DNA from: Vicugna vicugna
Taxonomy: Eukaryota
Length of the DNA stretch: 64,000 nucleotides
Direction of reading: 5' to 3'
NCBI GenBank assembly: GCA_013265495.1
Contig: MU058213.1
Coordinates: 2,790,001 to 2,854,000 of the forward strand
Shown: piece by piece, positions 13,546 to 27,120 of the stretch
Numbering within the stretch: the stretch's first letter is position 1
How the letters are laid out: the number at the start of each line of letters is the position of its first letter
Translations under genes and position numbers: made by a program
The notes under the pieces: generated by a model
Seen by the model: the letters and a program-made list of their open reading frames with translations, nothing else
Databases searched by the model: none
Told to the model about the DNA's origin: nothing

Positions 13546-13824
13546 CGATAGGACTCAAAGTAGCAGCAACTCTGAAAGTACTAACAAGAGAGGAGAACTT
13601 CACTTGCTCAGGCCTGAGTTCATAGAAGATTCTTTGCTAGCTGTGATTATGAGTAGCACCTAACTGGCTGTCAGTACAGACCCTACATATCATGCACAAT
13701 CTAAAGCCAAACAAGACATAATAAAATAAAACCCACTTCTCCTCCCTAGTGATTCATCATTTGCCATATTTCCACCCACTCCTTAATTTCCACTTAATGT
13801 AGAGAGGGGAGGAATATGAGGCAA

Positions 13825-14540
13825 TTCTGAATAATCAATGGATCAAAAACGAATTCAGAATGAAAATTAACAATTTCCTTGAGACAAACGAAAATAGAAA
13901 CAAAACATGCCAAAAATTTATAGGCCGCAGTAACAGCAGTTTTACAGGGAAATTTATAGCGAAAACACTTGTATTAAGAAAAAGAAAGGTCTCAAATAAC
14001 TATTAAACTTTAGACCTCAGGGAACTAGAAAAAGAACAAACTAAGCCCAAAGTTATAAAGAAGGAAAGATCAGAGCAGAAACAAATGAAACAGAGATTAG
14101 AAACACAACAGAAAAGAGCCATGAAATTAAGAGCTGCTTTTTGAAAGGATAAACAATGATGACATAACTTTTACCAGACTAGCAAAAGAAAAGCAGAATA
14201 CTCAATAAAAACAGAAATGAAAGAGACATTACAAAGAATAACAAAGAAATACCTAAGGATCATAGAAAAGGAATACAAACAATTGTATGCCAAGAAATTG
14301 GACAATCTAGAAGAAATGAATACATTTCTAGAAATATACAAGTTACCAAGACTGAGTCATGAAGAAACAGAAAATCTAAACTGAACAACTATGAGTAAAG
14401 AGATTGAATCAGTAATCAAAAGCTCTCAACAAAGAAAAGTCCAGATGGCTTCACTGGTGAATTTTACCAAATATTTTAAAGAAGACCAATCTTTCTCAAA
14501 TTTTTCCAAAAATTGAAGGACAGAGAACACTTTCAAATTT
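13825..14540 (+). mobile_element. L1 ORF2 internal fragment (post-EN linker), decayed
   Basis: ctgaataatcaatggatcaaa..ttgagacaaacgaaaat..tatgccaagaaattggacaatctagaagaaatg..ccagatggcttcactggtgaattttaccaaatattt. Confidence 0.85.
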
Positions 14541-15949
14541 GTGGATATAACGCCCCTTGAGAAAACACTTGAAGCACAGATCCAGGTACTGTTCATAAAT
14601 ACAATTGTCCTCAGTTTCCCACACTGAGGGAAAATTACACATCTTTGCCTCTTTGAATTCAGAATATCCATATGATTAGCTTTGCCACGTCCTGAAGTGG
14701 CATTGTGTGTGCAGGGCTGCCTGGCTCTTTCTCCTTCGTGGGCGGGATGCCTACAGGTGTACCAACAGAGGCTGCTCTACCAGCCACCACATACCAGACT
14801 GATGTCCCTTGAGGCCTCTCCTTTTCCCCTCGGACTACTCCCTTCAGCCACTGCCAAGGCCATCAGCCCAAGTGGAGAGAATTTCCGAAGGCCACAGACA
14901 GTCATCTTTCTTCACTTTTATTGCCCTCACCAGCAGCCCATGCTTGCTAATTGTACTTGCCAATATTTGCCTTTTGTCAGGGTGGGGTTTGCCATCTTCA
15001 GGCATATGCTGACCCCAAACCCAACCTGCGGCCAAAGGAGAGTCCTGCTTACTAGGAAAAAAAAAATAATGGATGGACATGTGGTACAGGGGAGAAAAAA
15101 ACCCTCTGTAGTCACCGCGATTCAGAGAGCGCTGATGACTGCAGCACAGTCTATTCTGTCCTGGCTGATTCAGCAGGATTTGAATGTGTGGCCCAAGAGC
15201 GACTGCAGACAAATGGAGAGAATTCTGGAAACGTGTATAAAGAACTGCAATAGTTCAAAAGTGTTATGGTTTAAGGTATATAAAAACAAAGTGAAGCCTG
15301 CTGTGATTGAACCTAGATTTTAAGAAAAACTGCAAATTCTTATACCCAGTGGTATCTATTCCAAGCTCAAGTATTTTTTTTTCAAATTATCAGTGGTTTC
15401 TCTACCTGCTTTTATTGCTTTTATTTAATCTCACACACACACAAAAAGACTCAGTATTATTCCCTCATCTCCAGGTGACATTTAAAGATTGAATTAAATC
15501 CAGCCAAGTCTGATTTATGTGGCTCTGATAAACTATGACATTTCCCAAATGAGCCTATAAAAAATGCATCGATGATAGATTCTACTGATGCCCGGCGGGT
15601 GTGATGGTAATTTCTGCACTAGAGAAATGCACAGATTCTACCTTTTAAATTGTCATTGTATACCTATGTCCTCCTGATTTAGGGAGTAAAATGAATATAT
15701 TATGAGAGAAATGCGGTTCTTCAAAATTTAGAAACTACTGTCTGATTAGGTGAGAAGCCTTTGGACAAGAACCTAGCCTCTGGCCACTTTCTTGCCTTGG
15801 AAAGGAAACACATATAATTTACAACGATTTTATAACAGCTTTATTGCAATGGAGTGACCACATATATCCTAAAGCTGTCATTTGCCTTTCCTTTATAATA
15901 AATGAAATATATCTTTTCATATAGGCTATTATTATCCAAGGATTTCACA

Positions 15950-16135
15950 TACAGAATGAAATTTAATTCTATTAACAACTCAGAATAGCATCAGTGTACT
16001 TATTTTACAAATGAGGCTACTGAGCTTCAGGGAAGCTGAGATATTTCCATAAATCCTATCGTAAATTTAAGTCAAAGAATTATACATAGTAGAGTGAGAA
16101 CTCAAACCCCCAAATTCGGGATCCCAGTTTTTCAG
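15950..16135 (-). mobile_element. MIR SINE
   Basis: atttaattctattaacaactc..attttacaaatgaggctactgagcttcagggaag..gaactcaaaccc. Confidence 0.6.
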
Positions 16136-16734
16136 TTAGTTTGGTATCCTTTAATACCCAGCCTCAAACACTCCTCCACTATGAATAAAGCCACAGATAC
16201 CAGTATTAAACGCTCCCTCCATCTCTCCCACTGTACTTTCTGCCGGCCCATGAGGCTGGACTTGCTCCTCGTGGTCCTGCTCACCCCGCGTGCAGAACCT
16301 TCGCTGCCTATCCAATCTGACATCCAAGTTCTCCTTGGCTCCTGAGCTCCTGTTTTACATCTTTCTCAAGTGACAAACTTGGTCCCTCCCCTCTCACTCC
16401 TGGTCTTGGCTTCCCAGGTGGCCTAACGCCCTAAATGCTCCACTTTGCAAAGAATTCAGGATCCCTCCACATATGCCATAATTCAGGAACAGTTAGCAGG
16501 AAGGAGTATCAATATACTTTGCCTAACAAATTTAATTCTTCTTGACCAAGTAGATCCCAGACAGCACCAAGGTCAAAATTTGCTAGCATTTATGTGGTAA
16601 ACTGGGAAAGCACATGGTAATGTAGCAATTCCTTTTTAGCTAGCCAAATAATATTAGTAATTATTTCTAGCCCTAATATAGGGATTTAATAAGAAAAGGA
16701 TTTTTTTGAATTTATTTTCTTTTCTTTTACTTAA

Positions 16735-17160
16735 TACACATTATTTTTCAAGCAGTTTTAGGTTCACAGCAAAATTGAGGAGAAAGTACAGAGTTCCCAT
16801 ATACTCTCTCCCCATTTCCTTTTTTTTTATTGTTTTGAAATAAGGTCATTTGTATCATTTTTTTTAGATTACACATATAAGTGATACCATGTGACATTTT
16901 TCTTCCTCTGACTTCCTTCACTTAGTATGATAATCCCTAGGTCCATCCATGTTGTTTCAAATGGCATTCATTCTTTTTTATGGGTGAGTAGTATTCCATT
17001 GTGTGTACGTATGTATGTATGTATATGTATGTCTGTGTGTGTGTGTATCACAATATACCACATCTTCTTTACCCAGTCATCTGTCAATGGACATTTAGGT
17101 TGTCTCCATGACTTGGCTATTGTAAACGGTGCTGCTGTGAACACTGGGGTGTATGTATCA
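16735..17160 (-). mobile_element. Composite L1 3' fragments (older 3'UTR piece plus ORF2 C-terminus of a younger L1)
   Basis: Minus ORF 16968-17240 encodes YTPVFTAAPFTIAKSWRQPKCPLTDDWVKKMWY (ORF2 C-terminus). ttttaggttcacagcaaaattgagg..aagtacagagttccca is an L1MA/MB 3'UTR. Confidence 0.85.
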
Positions 17161-18289
17161 AAAAGGATTTTTAAGTGGCTACAATGTTTTGTAATCTGGT
17201 AAAAAAAAAAATTCAAACTGAGATGATCTGGCAAAAACAAACCGAAAACTTTCCCAACTTGTAAAGTATTCCATGGGCCAGTGCCTTTTATTATCTTAGA
17301 GAATTTTTGTTATTATTGTTAATCAAACATAAAATTCTAAGATGGCAGAAATCATGCCTGTGTTTCTCTCGCACCCTCCAGAGGGTCTAGCATAAAGCCA
17401 GCTGCTTCAATCAGGGCACAGCCGAACACTCCTGGGCTGCAGGTCAGCTCACCCACTTCCTGCTCCAAGCCCTGCCTTTACCTTGGACACTGTCTTTGAG
17501 CTTCTGCCAACCTCTGCTTGCTCCTCTGTAGCTTGAGGGAAATGGCCTAGAAGACCCCTTCCAACTCTCTCTTGTTGGGCCCTCTTGACTTCCCTCAACC
17601 CAGGTTGGCTGACAGTAAGAGGCTTATGCAAATAGCATTCTGACCCCTCTCTCTCAGACTCCAGGGCTGGCAGAGTTCCTTTGTGCAAACTTGCCAGTAG
17701 GATTCCCAGTCAGTCAAAGATACCTTACAAGAGCAAAATAAGTGAAAACAGCGTAGAAAATGAGAATAGCATCTTTGTTGGAGCCAGTGGGTTAAGGCAA
17801 GCTTGGGGAACTGCTCCCTACAACCAAGAATGAGAACCGATGAAGGTGAAACCAACTGAAAAGAAAACCTGAATTGTTATTATTATGGGCCACTGGCTTT
17901 CTTTATCAAATCCTGACCAGCCTCTGAACCCTGGCTCTCCCAGCTTCAGCAGTGCTTCCTGTGATGAGTCCGGCAGTCCCGCCAGAGAACTGCGAGTCTG
18001 GGCTGGCTTTGTGAAGGCTCACTGGTCAGTATTCAGCACCTGTGAGCAAAGAGCTGGTGGCAGCAGGGCCTTTAGTTCTCCTGCCAGTATCTATTCCATT
18101 CCTTATCTTTAGGAAGAAGAAAACAAAACAATCTGGCTTGACACAGTCATCAAGTGAAATGCACAGCTGTACCCTCCTCGTGGAGTTCCCATGAAGTTAT
18201 TCATTCCAGCTTTCAGTTGTCTTTAGAAGCGATCAAATAAATGTGAAATTATTAAGAAGCCAGAACATTCTTTACTTATCCAGATATGA

Positions 18290-18710
18290 GGTCTCACCAG
18301 CACCAACAAAATCTGCTTTTTCTCCAATATTCCTGCTTCTTCCAGTACCACTGCTATCCCTCAGTTACCGAGGATTAATTAAAGCCTTAGCACCACTACT
18401 GAGCTTCCTTCTCTAGCCCACAAACCTAGTCGGTTGACCCAACCTCTTAGTTGCAACTCCAAAGTGCTTTTGAAATTCACTCTCCCTTCCCCACTTCTGT
18501 TACCACTCTCCTACTTATCCTGGAATTTATCTTACCTAATCAATTTAAAGAGCTCTATTTTTCCCTCCCTACTTCATCTCTCCTCTCTCTGATCCATCTT
18601 CCTTTGGAATAGCCTTCCCTAAGCACGTGTCCCAGATCTGCTCAAAACTTCGAATTCATCTTTCGCTACAGGATACAGTTCAAATCCCCTTGGCCTGGCA
18701 GTAAGGTGCA
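18290..18710 (+). mobile_element. L2 fragment
   Basis: Pyrimidine-rich L2-like sequence ending ctgctcaaaactt..acaggatacagttcaaatccccttggcctggca. Confidence 0.55.
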
Positions 18711-18723
18711 TTATTTTGAATGT

Positions 18724-18840
18724 GCCAGCCTCCACAATTGTGTGAAACAATTCCTAAATAAGTCAATCTCTCTCTCTCTCTCTGTACCCCCTCCTCATAT
18801 TATATTGGTTCTGTTTCTCTGGAGAACCCTGATTAATGTA
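18724..18840 (+). mobile_element. MLT2 (ERVL) LTR 3' end
   Basis: ccagcctccacaattgtgtga..caattcct..(tc)n..attggttctgtttctctggagaaccctgattaat. Confidence 0.8.
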
Positions 18841-19794
18841 TGAGTTCAATGTTAAAAAAAAAAAAGATTCAGTGGACAAATGTTTTTAGGAAATGCTAAT
18901 GTGAATGAGAAAGAAGACACTTTTTTATAGGCAGGCTTCTAAAATCTAGTAATAGTCTCAGGCGAACTCTGAAGCAGCAAGTCATGCCAGTTTGTGGCAT
19001 GACTCTAAAACGTGGAGGAAGAAAGAAGTTGTATGATAAGCTGATGGTAGTTTGAACCAGCTGGGAAGACAGTAAGATATTCTTACGGAGAAAACATCTA
19101 CTGACCCAATAACTGCTCGGTCAGGAACGCTAAGGCTTTAAGCGTAGCGCAGACATGAGCGATTCGGACAATGCATTCGATTGTTCTACATAAAGGGTGA
19201 ACAGGAAACCTGGAGTTGTCTTTTGCTAAGTGAGGGACTTGAGAACCTGAATGTGTCTAAATGAACACAGCCAGGGCGGACCTGGGATTAGAGTGTGACT
19301 TCAATGTCAGGCTGAACTCAAAGCTGAGGATGTAGACCAAACTCAGAAGAGGTAAAGCCACAGGTGAAAGGAAAGACTAGAGATCAAAAAAGAGAGAGAC
19401 TGAAAAGACAGTCTTGGGGAAGGGGATCATCTACGACGTGATGAAGTTCACTTTCAGAAAGAAAGGGGATGTGACACCTCTGAGATGAGAGAGAAGGAAC
19501 TCAACGGTGAAAAAGAAAGGGGCATGGCAGAAACATCCTGAGGTAGAGAAAAGGGAAGTTGGAGACACATGTTAAATTCTTTCATCTTCTCGGGGGACGT
19601 GGAAGGCTTAGGGGGAGGAAGAGTAGACTTCAGACTCAGAGCCTCGATGTGAATCCTGGCTCTGCCCCTCACTGTTTGCGTAACTAAGACAAGTTACTTT
19701 CCTCCGCTGCACTGAGGGAAACTGGGGCATTCAGAAAGAGATGAGTGACGGTTTTTTACCATAGGTGATGTAATGAAGCTCTAGCCTTGTTTAT

Positions 19795-20000
19795 GTAACA
19801 AATGATTTCTGCAGTGCTTACTATGTACCAAGGACCATTCAACAAGTCTTACAAACATTATCCCACTGAATCATTGGAGCAACCCTATCAAACGGGTATG
19901 ATTATTATGTCCCACTTTACTGATGAACCAATCAGGGCCAGAGAGGTTAAGCATCGTTCTGAACCTTACAGGTGGTATATGTCAGATAAAGAGACATACT
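19795..20000 (-). mobile_element. MIR SINE
   Basis: gtgcttactatgtacca..caaccctat..attattatgtcccactttactgatgaa..agagaggttaag. Confidence 0.75.
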
Positions 20001-20764
20001 TCTCGATGCACAAGAAGCCAAGCATCTTTATCCTCAACCAGAAGCTCTTCAGACTGAAGCCTTAACTGTGCACTTCCTGGTAAATAAACTGGGGCCAGAG
20101 AGGTCAAGTATCTTTCTTCACCAAAAACAACCAAATTAAAGATATGAAACAAAATTATGGTAACACAGTCTCTAACACGACGTCTAAGAGTCAAAACACA
20201 ATTAGGGATTTTCTATTTTTAGCATTCTGCGAACAGAAATCCTCTTATAATATTCAGTCTGTTGTTCAATTTTCAGCAGTTACGTAAGCTTCTAGAAACC
20301 CACAATGTACACAGATAGAGGCCCTCTGTTGTGCTTACACAGAAGACAATGAAGTTGACATTTTAGGATAAAGCATGTGTTTGAAATATCTTCAAAGCGT
20401 GATATCTAAGTATGGTTTCCCTGTGAGTAAATTCATACATACAGGAATCTAAAAAGGTTGTAGAACAAATCCAGAAATTATTAACATTTAAAATGATTAA
20501 AATCCTCATTTTTTTATTCCACTTTGAGGGTTACGAGTACTTTAACATACCCACGTTCTGTGACCCCATGGGGGGAAGCCATGCGGCAGCCGGCAGGGCG
20601 CAGCTTTGGAATTAGGGTGATGGGTTTTGGATGCTTCTTCTCCCTGATGCTGGCTGCTGGGTAATTTTGAGAACTTTTTAAAACGACTTCATGGCTCTCA
20701 ACTCCCCAGATGAAGAGAGCATGAAGAATCCCATCAGTAATACACTCGGAGAGTCTGCAAACAA

Positions 20765-21080
20765 GCCAAGGTCCTGCTTTCAGGGAACCCTTATTCCAAT
20801 GAGAGAAACAGGAAAACAAATAAATACATATATGATGTAATGCCAGGTAGGGACCAATGCCATGAAGACAAATGAAAAAGGGACGGGGAGGGGTTATTTT
20901 AGTTTCAACGGCCAGGGCAGGCCACTTTGAAGAGGTAAGATTTTAACAGAAACGTGAATCAAGTGAAGGAGTAAGTTATGCAAAGATTTTAAAAAGGTAA
21001 CTCTGAGGAGGAGAAAGAATCACACGGGCAAAGACCCTGAGGTATGAAAATACTTGGAATACTGAAGGCTGGTGGGCTGG
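20765..21080 (-). mobile_element. L2a fragment
   Basis: gtcctgctttcagggaacccttattccaatg..gccactttgaagaggtaagatttt..gtgaaggagtaagttatgcaaagat..ggcaaagaccctgaggt. Confidence 0.75.
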
Positions 21081-21169
21081 TGAGGGGAAAGGGGAAGAGC
21101 GGGAAGGCTCGATCAGCCAAGGGCTGCCAGGACAGGCAAGAAATGACAGTACTTTGAACTAGAGTCATG

Positions 21170-21355
21170 GGATAACCAACACTGTATACCAGCCACTGTT
21201 TAGTTCTTGTCTTAACTCACTTCATCCTCATACAACCTCATGAGTTTGGTACTTTATGACCTCCATTCTACAGATGAGCAGGGAAGAAAGAGATTAAGGA
21301 ACTGCCTCAGGTTACACAGCTATTGAGTAGAGGAGCCAAGACATGATTCAACAAG
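21170..21355 (-). mobile_element. MIR SINE
   Basis: ttaactcacttcatcctcatacaacctcatgag..ccattctacagatgag..ggttacacagcta..ggagccaag. Confidence 0.75.
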
Positions 21356-22377
21356 GGCAGCGTGAGGGGAGGTGAGCAGTGCTCAGAATCAGGGTGAAGA
21401 TTTAACAGGACTTGCCGTGGATAGATGTGGGGAGCGAGAGAAAGAGGCATTGGTGATGACCATCTCCTCCACCTCGCCTTGGTCTTACCTCTGCAGGTAC
21501 TTCTTCGGGGTGAAAGGGCCCCAAGGAAGCCCACCCACAAGAGAGGGGGCAGTCAGTTCTTCAGCCTCTTCTTTGTAAGCAAGAAAAGAACCTCAGGTCA
21601 ACTAGGCAGTAACAAAGGGCTGGGCACACCAGATGTCACCTTGGCAAAGGATTTAGTTCCATTGCAATGGTACTTATCACTGCAGAACTCTATATTCACC
21701 AGGCTGGACCATCAGCTCTGAGAGCAGGGGCCCAGCTTTCCCCTACCGTACAGATCTGAAGCACATCTAAAGAGGCACACATCCTGTAAGCATTGGGCAA
21801 GTCATAGCTGAGCATGAAACAGCACTTTATATCTTACAAAGATGTCTTGTTAATTGTTGGCTTTTAGTCTTATCAAAAATCGAAGAAAGATAAATATCTA
21901 GGTGATGAATCTTCCTATAAAAGAGCCTTAAAGCCTCCACTCTGTTCTTGCAAAAAAAAAAAAAAAAAGATACAAGATACACTGCACACCTGGGAGTGAT
22001 TTCCCTGAACTTAGATATCAGCAGAAGATTCAGTAAACTTCCCTAGAACAGATAAATGGCTCAGTGTCAGCATGGAGCAAGGACGGCAAAGAGGTTTCAT
22101 TTTGAATGCTGTCTCCAAGGCTTGGTAGTGGCTGCCTAGAGGCTCAGTGATAAAGTACCATGATCGCTAAGTGATGTCTGCCAAGGTGTACGAAGAAGGA
22201 TGGATGTATGCACATCGAGTATTTCCATCTTTCTTCCATAGGGAGAATTCTAACCCCTAAAGTTATTCAAACAGTATGAGCCACCCTCTGACGTGGTTTC
22301 CCCATCGCTGGAAGTGTGCGTTGCAGGGAAGCTGCTGGGTTGGCCATCATTCTTACTTCCTATAACTCTATGAGAAG

Positions 22378-22500
22378 ATGCTAACAGTGGTTATCTTTGC
22401 GGGTAGGAATGCGGGGTGATTCTAACAACCTTTATACTTTTCTGCATTGCCTGAATTTCTACAGTACAGTCATATGCTATTTTCATAACTAGATAAAAAA
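22378..22500 (+). mobile_element. L1ME-like 3'UTR fragment
   Basis: tgctaacagtggttatct..gggtaggaatgcggggtgatt..ttttctgcattgcctgaatttc. Confidence 0.6.
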
Positions 22501-23009
22501 GCCACTTTTCTTTATTTAAAATTAAGTCTTTTGAGCATAAGAACTCTCTTGGCATTAGGTCTGAGTGAGAAAAGATTATGGAGACAAAAATTCCTCTATA
22601 ACTTTGAGTCTGTCATATTAAGTTCTTTAATACAGAAGTTTAACCTCTAAGACTTTTCATGAAATAGAATTCCATTCACAGTGTACAGGATCCAAGAATC
22701 AGTTCTATAAGAGACTGTTTGAAAGATAGGTGGGTGATGGGGGAGAAAGAACAAACCCAAAATTAGAAACAGAAAAGGACAAAGGTAGATTTTTGCAAGG
22801 AAACTTTACGAGAAGGACAGAAAGCTAAGAGACTATCAAGTCAGATGTTGACGACCCTCCTACTGGGCGGGGAGAGTAGGAAGTAAGAGCCTGGATTCCG
22901 GCACAAAGTTCTCCCCGGCGGCGTTAAGGCAGCACAGCCCCTAACAATACAGAGGTTCTGGGAGCCCCAGGCAGGAGCACACGCCCTCATGTCAGAACAA
23001 CAGGGAAGG

Positions 23010-23205
23010 GAATCCTGGGTCTGCTCCTTACTGGACCTGTGACCTTGGGTAAGTCACTTAATCTCTTTGTGCCTGTTTCCTCATCTGCAAAATGGGGATA
23101 ATGACTACATCTACCTCAAAGGGTTGCTGTGAGGACTGAATGAGTCTATCCAGCTAAAATGCCCAGAATAGTGCCTGGTTCCCTGTAAGTAAAATAAATG
23201 CTCAA
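23010..23205 (+). mobile_element. MIR SINE
   Basis: gaatcctgggtctgctccttact..tgtgaccttgggtaagtcacttaatctct..tttcctcatctgcaaaatggggataat..acctcaaagggttgctgtgagga. Confidence 0.9.
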
Positions 23206-26200
23206 AGCACTTCAGGTTTCTTTAAAAAAAAAAAGAGAGAGAGAGAGAGAGAGAAATAATAATGAACAAATTAAAGTAAGAGTCTCCAAAGCTTTCTCCA
23301 TCTCAAACATCAAAAATGCTTTTGTTTCTGTGGTCAGGGTGGGACCCAGGACACAGATCAACACTGCCACAAAATAAGAAAGTCTGACCAATTAAACAAA
23401 ATAGACTATATTTGGGAAACACTTGAGTGGTGTAGTATCTGCAGCAATACTAAATGAATCTATAAACACCTTATTGAAATTCTCAAAAAATTCTAGCAAG
23501 CAAGGAAGAGTGGGAGGAATTTAATTGCACATTAACAATTTTTACTAAATTAAGAGATGTGAAGCAGTATTTTAGTTTGCTCTCCTAATTATTTTAATAT
23601 ATAAAATTATATTGATAAAGTTTTTCATAGGTTTACTCATGACCTGGGCCTGACCCTTTTTCCCCAAAATTTCTACACTTTTTCTTACCATCTTTCTCCT
23701 ACCAAAAAAGGGTTTTTAAAATAACCCTCATGAATAGGGCATGGCCAGACTTAAGTAGATACTGAAATCAAAGTTTCTGAATTGTAACTACTGCAGTCTA
23801 GTTTTTAATCTCTTGGGGTTTTAATGTTAATTTTTAAAATTCACTTTAATTCTACAGACAAAGACTTTCAGCAGGGAACCCCAGGAGCATGACTTATACT
23901 ATTCCTCTTGAGGCATAAAATGTATACAAAAAAACAGTAACTAGAGCTCCTTCCAATTTACTGTTGGCCCCGATTTCAAATCCAGGTTCTTTCCACCAAA
24001 AAAGCAGCTCTAGAAGGAAGCCTGGTCTTGGGGGCTGGAGATCCAGGCTCAAATCTTAGGTCCACTTTAAAAAAAAAATACTAGATATTAATTGAATATT
24101 GAATATTCTCTAGATCATGTGAACATGAAATTCACTTGGGTTATTTTCTGTTGTATTTAAAAATGTTTGGTTTATAAGCACTTTTCTTTAAAGCTAATTA
24201 AATAGAGCTCATTTTCAAATTAATTTTGGCAGTACTGTCTGACGACAAAGACATAATCATAATGAGATATACATATATCCAAACAGATTTAGGTCCTCTT
24301 TTATTACGTATGTAAATCCAAGCAAGTTCTTAAGCTTTCTCCACCCCTATTTTTAATAGAATTTTCTTTATATTAAATAGAAAACACAGTAAAACCTAGT
24401 ACAGGTAATAATTACATGAATTAACATGTACAAATATGACCCACATTAGATGAATACTGTGTGGTCCCCAATCCTCCTTCCCCTTCACAAAATAAAAAAC
24501 TGAACAGGTGGAAGTGGAATGAAAAAGCAGTGAATCTGGGAGAGTTCAGGAGGAAGTCAGGAGTAGCTGTAAGATAAAGGAGTCTACTCTCTCCTTCCTT
24601 CCTTCAACTCACTTTTCAATCACAAACTTTGAGGACAGCAAGTGTTTAAGGGGTTTAAAAAATGAGGAGAGCTTGAAAGTGTCGGCTTGTTTTTTCCTTC
24701 CCCTCCCCCTTCTCTTACCACCTGCCTCTCCCGACCCTCTACCCCCACGAAGGCTTCCTGGCATCACTTCCCTCCCTTCCCTCCTCTTCATTTTGGATAC
24801 AAGTGGCCTTCTATTGCAGATCAGTTTATCTTTGGAATGTTAAGATCCAGGGTTGGGATCAGAGGAAGGGAAGGAAGGAGCTTGCTGACTGGAGCCTTTT
24901 CCAGACTGTGGGGAGAGGTAGCAAAGATGTCTGAGTCAGTGAGGGCTCAGTCATACTTCCCTGAACAGGCTTCAACACAGTGAAGTAAGTAAGTAAGTCA
25001 GTGGTAAATTTCTAGAAGTGTAAAAGGAAACTCAGTTAGGGAGGGAAGGTAATTCTATCCAGAAATCAGGAAACTGCAGCTAAAGCACAGCTGCCTGCAG
25101 CCCCCAGACTAGAGATGGACAGTGAGTCTTGGAGCCTAAGGAAGCCACTGCCGCCATCACTACGGCTACACTCACTGGTCTGCACCCATCACAGCCAGAG
25201 AAGAAAGCTCACAGCCTGTCTTCCCAACAGCACACAAGTACCGCTCTTCACTATGCTAGCAAGTGTAGTTCTCAGGCTTGGAACACTGATGGAGGAAGAC
25301 CATCAAAGAGGTAGGCACGATATTAAGAGCCAAGAAACAGCAGTTGTCATACACCCACAGCATATTATTAGAGTTCTGTGTTGGTTGGTTGGTTTGCAGC
25401 TTACCCAAAGGATGATCAAGAGGTCAGGAAATCCAGGTAATGAAATCTGCACCTTGGGTGTACTGTTTCCTGTACCAGTTCTGAAGGACTGACTTTTAAG
25501 GATTTTACAACTGCCTTATATAAATCTCAGAATGGGGACTTCTTTCTATATGACAGTCTTTGAAATTCATTTTCTAAAACCTGTATCTAGAGTCTAATTA
25601 GGTTTTATTCCCATTCATAGTGAGAGGATGCGATGGGAAATGCTATTTACTTTCTGTCCTGTGGTTAAGTAGCTTTCAGTCGGGGTTGAGAGCCAGTTCA
25701 GCATTGACAGCTAAAGCTGTGAGCCAAATCGTTCCTAGAAAATCTGGAAATGATTGATCCTCTTTACTCATCAGTATATCAACAGAAAGCCAAGCAGTTA
25801 AAGATTAGTACCTAAGAAGGCAGCTCACAGCACTAATACCGAAAGTAATATGAAATGTTTATGCATAGCTCTGGAATTGTTTTACTCAACAATTGTTTAA
25901 AACTAGGTCAAATCATCACTGAGATTCATCATTTCAGTTCATGAATAAAGAGATATTTAGTTAGTCCTTAGAAACAGATGGATGATACACAGTTGTTAAC
26001 CCTCTAAATGTCCTCTTCCCTCACATTCTATTTTATTTTTACATGTGCTAATAGGATTTCTACAGCTTTCAAAACAGGTTGAACCACTCATACTAGTTTC
26101 CAGTTTAGCTGTTGGAACGAGAAATATGGTCGTATTGCTAAATATATCCGAGCGAAGAGAGAGATTTCTTAAACATATTCCAGAACAAAAGCACCACAGT

Positions 26201-26229
26201 GGAAGGTATCAATATATTTTATTACATCA

Positions 26230-27120
26230 AATAGAAAATTTCAAAACCCACTACAAATGAAATGTAAAAAGAAGTGACAGACTGGGAGAAAATGTTCACA
26301 ACACAGATAACAAACAATCACTATTATGAGTTTATTTTTTTAATCCCTACAAGTTAAGTGATAACAACCAAATATTAAAAATGGGTACAAGATGAAAACA
26401 GGAAACTCTGAGAAGAGCCCAAATGACCAATAAACAAGAAAATTATGTTCAATATCACTAACATTTACAGAAATGAAAAATAATTTGAGTTTTGTCCTCC
26501 AGTTTGGCAAAAATTACAAAAATAACAATATTGAGGCCTAATAAAGATACAGAGAATTATTTTCACTTTGTTGTTGAGGGAATATAAATGAGAATATTTT
26601 TGAAAGGCAGTATGTTGGCATCTATTAATATTTTAAATGTACACTTATTCTGACTCAGAAATTATCTTCTTTGTTATTTACATACTTGGGCATGTTTGCA
26701 AAGAGTCTTCATTTCAGTATTCTTTGTAATGACTACAGGAAAAATGACAAATGTCCGTCAACAGGAGAATGGTTAAATAAACTATTGTACACACATTCTA
26801 CGTAATTACAGTAGGCAAGATTTAAAAGGAGTTAGATCCAGGAGATAAAGTTGAGTTTAAAGAAATAGCTCAACAATCCATATGTTGTGATTCTATTTGT
26901 ATTTAAATGCAGAAAGCCATATTTGTTTGTATGCTTTAAAATAATATTGAAAAGGTAAAGATGACACTGATAACCATGGTTCATTCTGAGAAAAGAACCC
27001 AGATTGAAGGGACCTGGGAGGGAGGGCTGGTAAAAGGGAACACTCTTTTTATCTATTCCAGCTGAGATTTTCACAATTACATTGGAGTGGTGTATTACTT
27101 TTGGGATGAAAATTAGTTTT
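26230..27120 (+). mobile_element. Old L1 (L1ME-like) ORF2 3' end and 3'UTR
   Basis: gacagactgggagaaaatgttc..atgttcaatatcact..aaatgtccgtcaacaggagaatggttaaataaactattgtac. Confidence 0.75.

Noticed and set aside
15564..15592. C/D-box-like motifs (cgatga..ctga)
   Set aside because: The C box is imperfect and the spacing is far too short for a snoRNA.
18980..19004. 10-bp inverted repeat AGTCATGCCA / TGGCATGACT
   Set aside because: Isolated, too short for a miRNA or MITE, and probably within a decayed L2.
22845..22990. Small CpG-richer patch with a GC box
   Set aside because: Too short for a CpG island and no other promoter evidence.
25115..25492. 125-aa and 61-aa + strand ORFs with a nearby GTAGGC donor-like site
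   Set aside because: No recognisable protein, no good acceptor, and opposite to the inferred host orientation.
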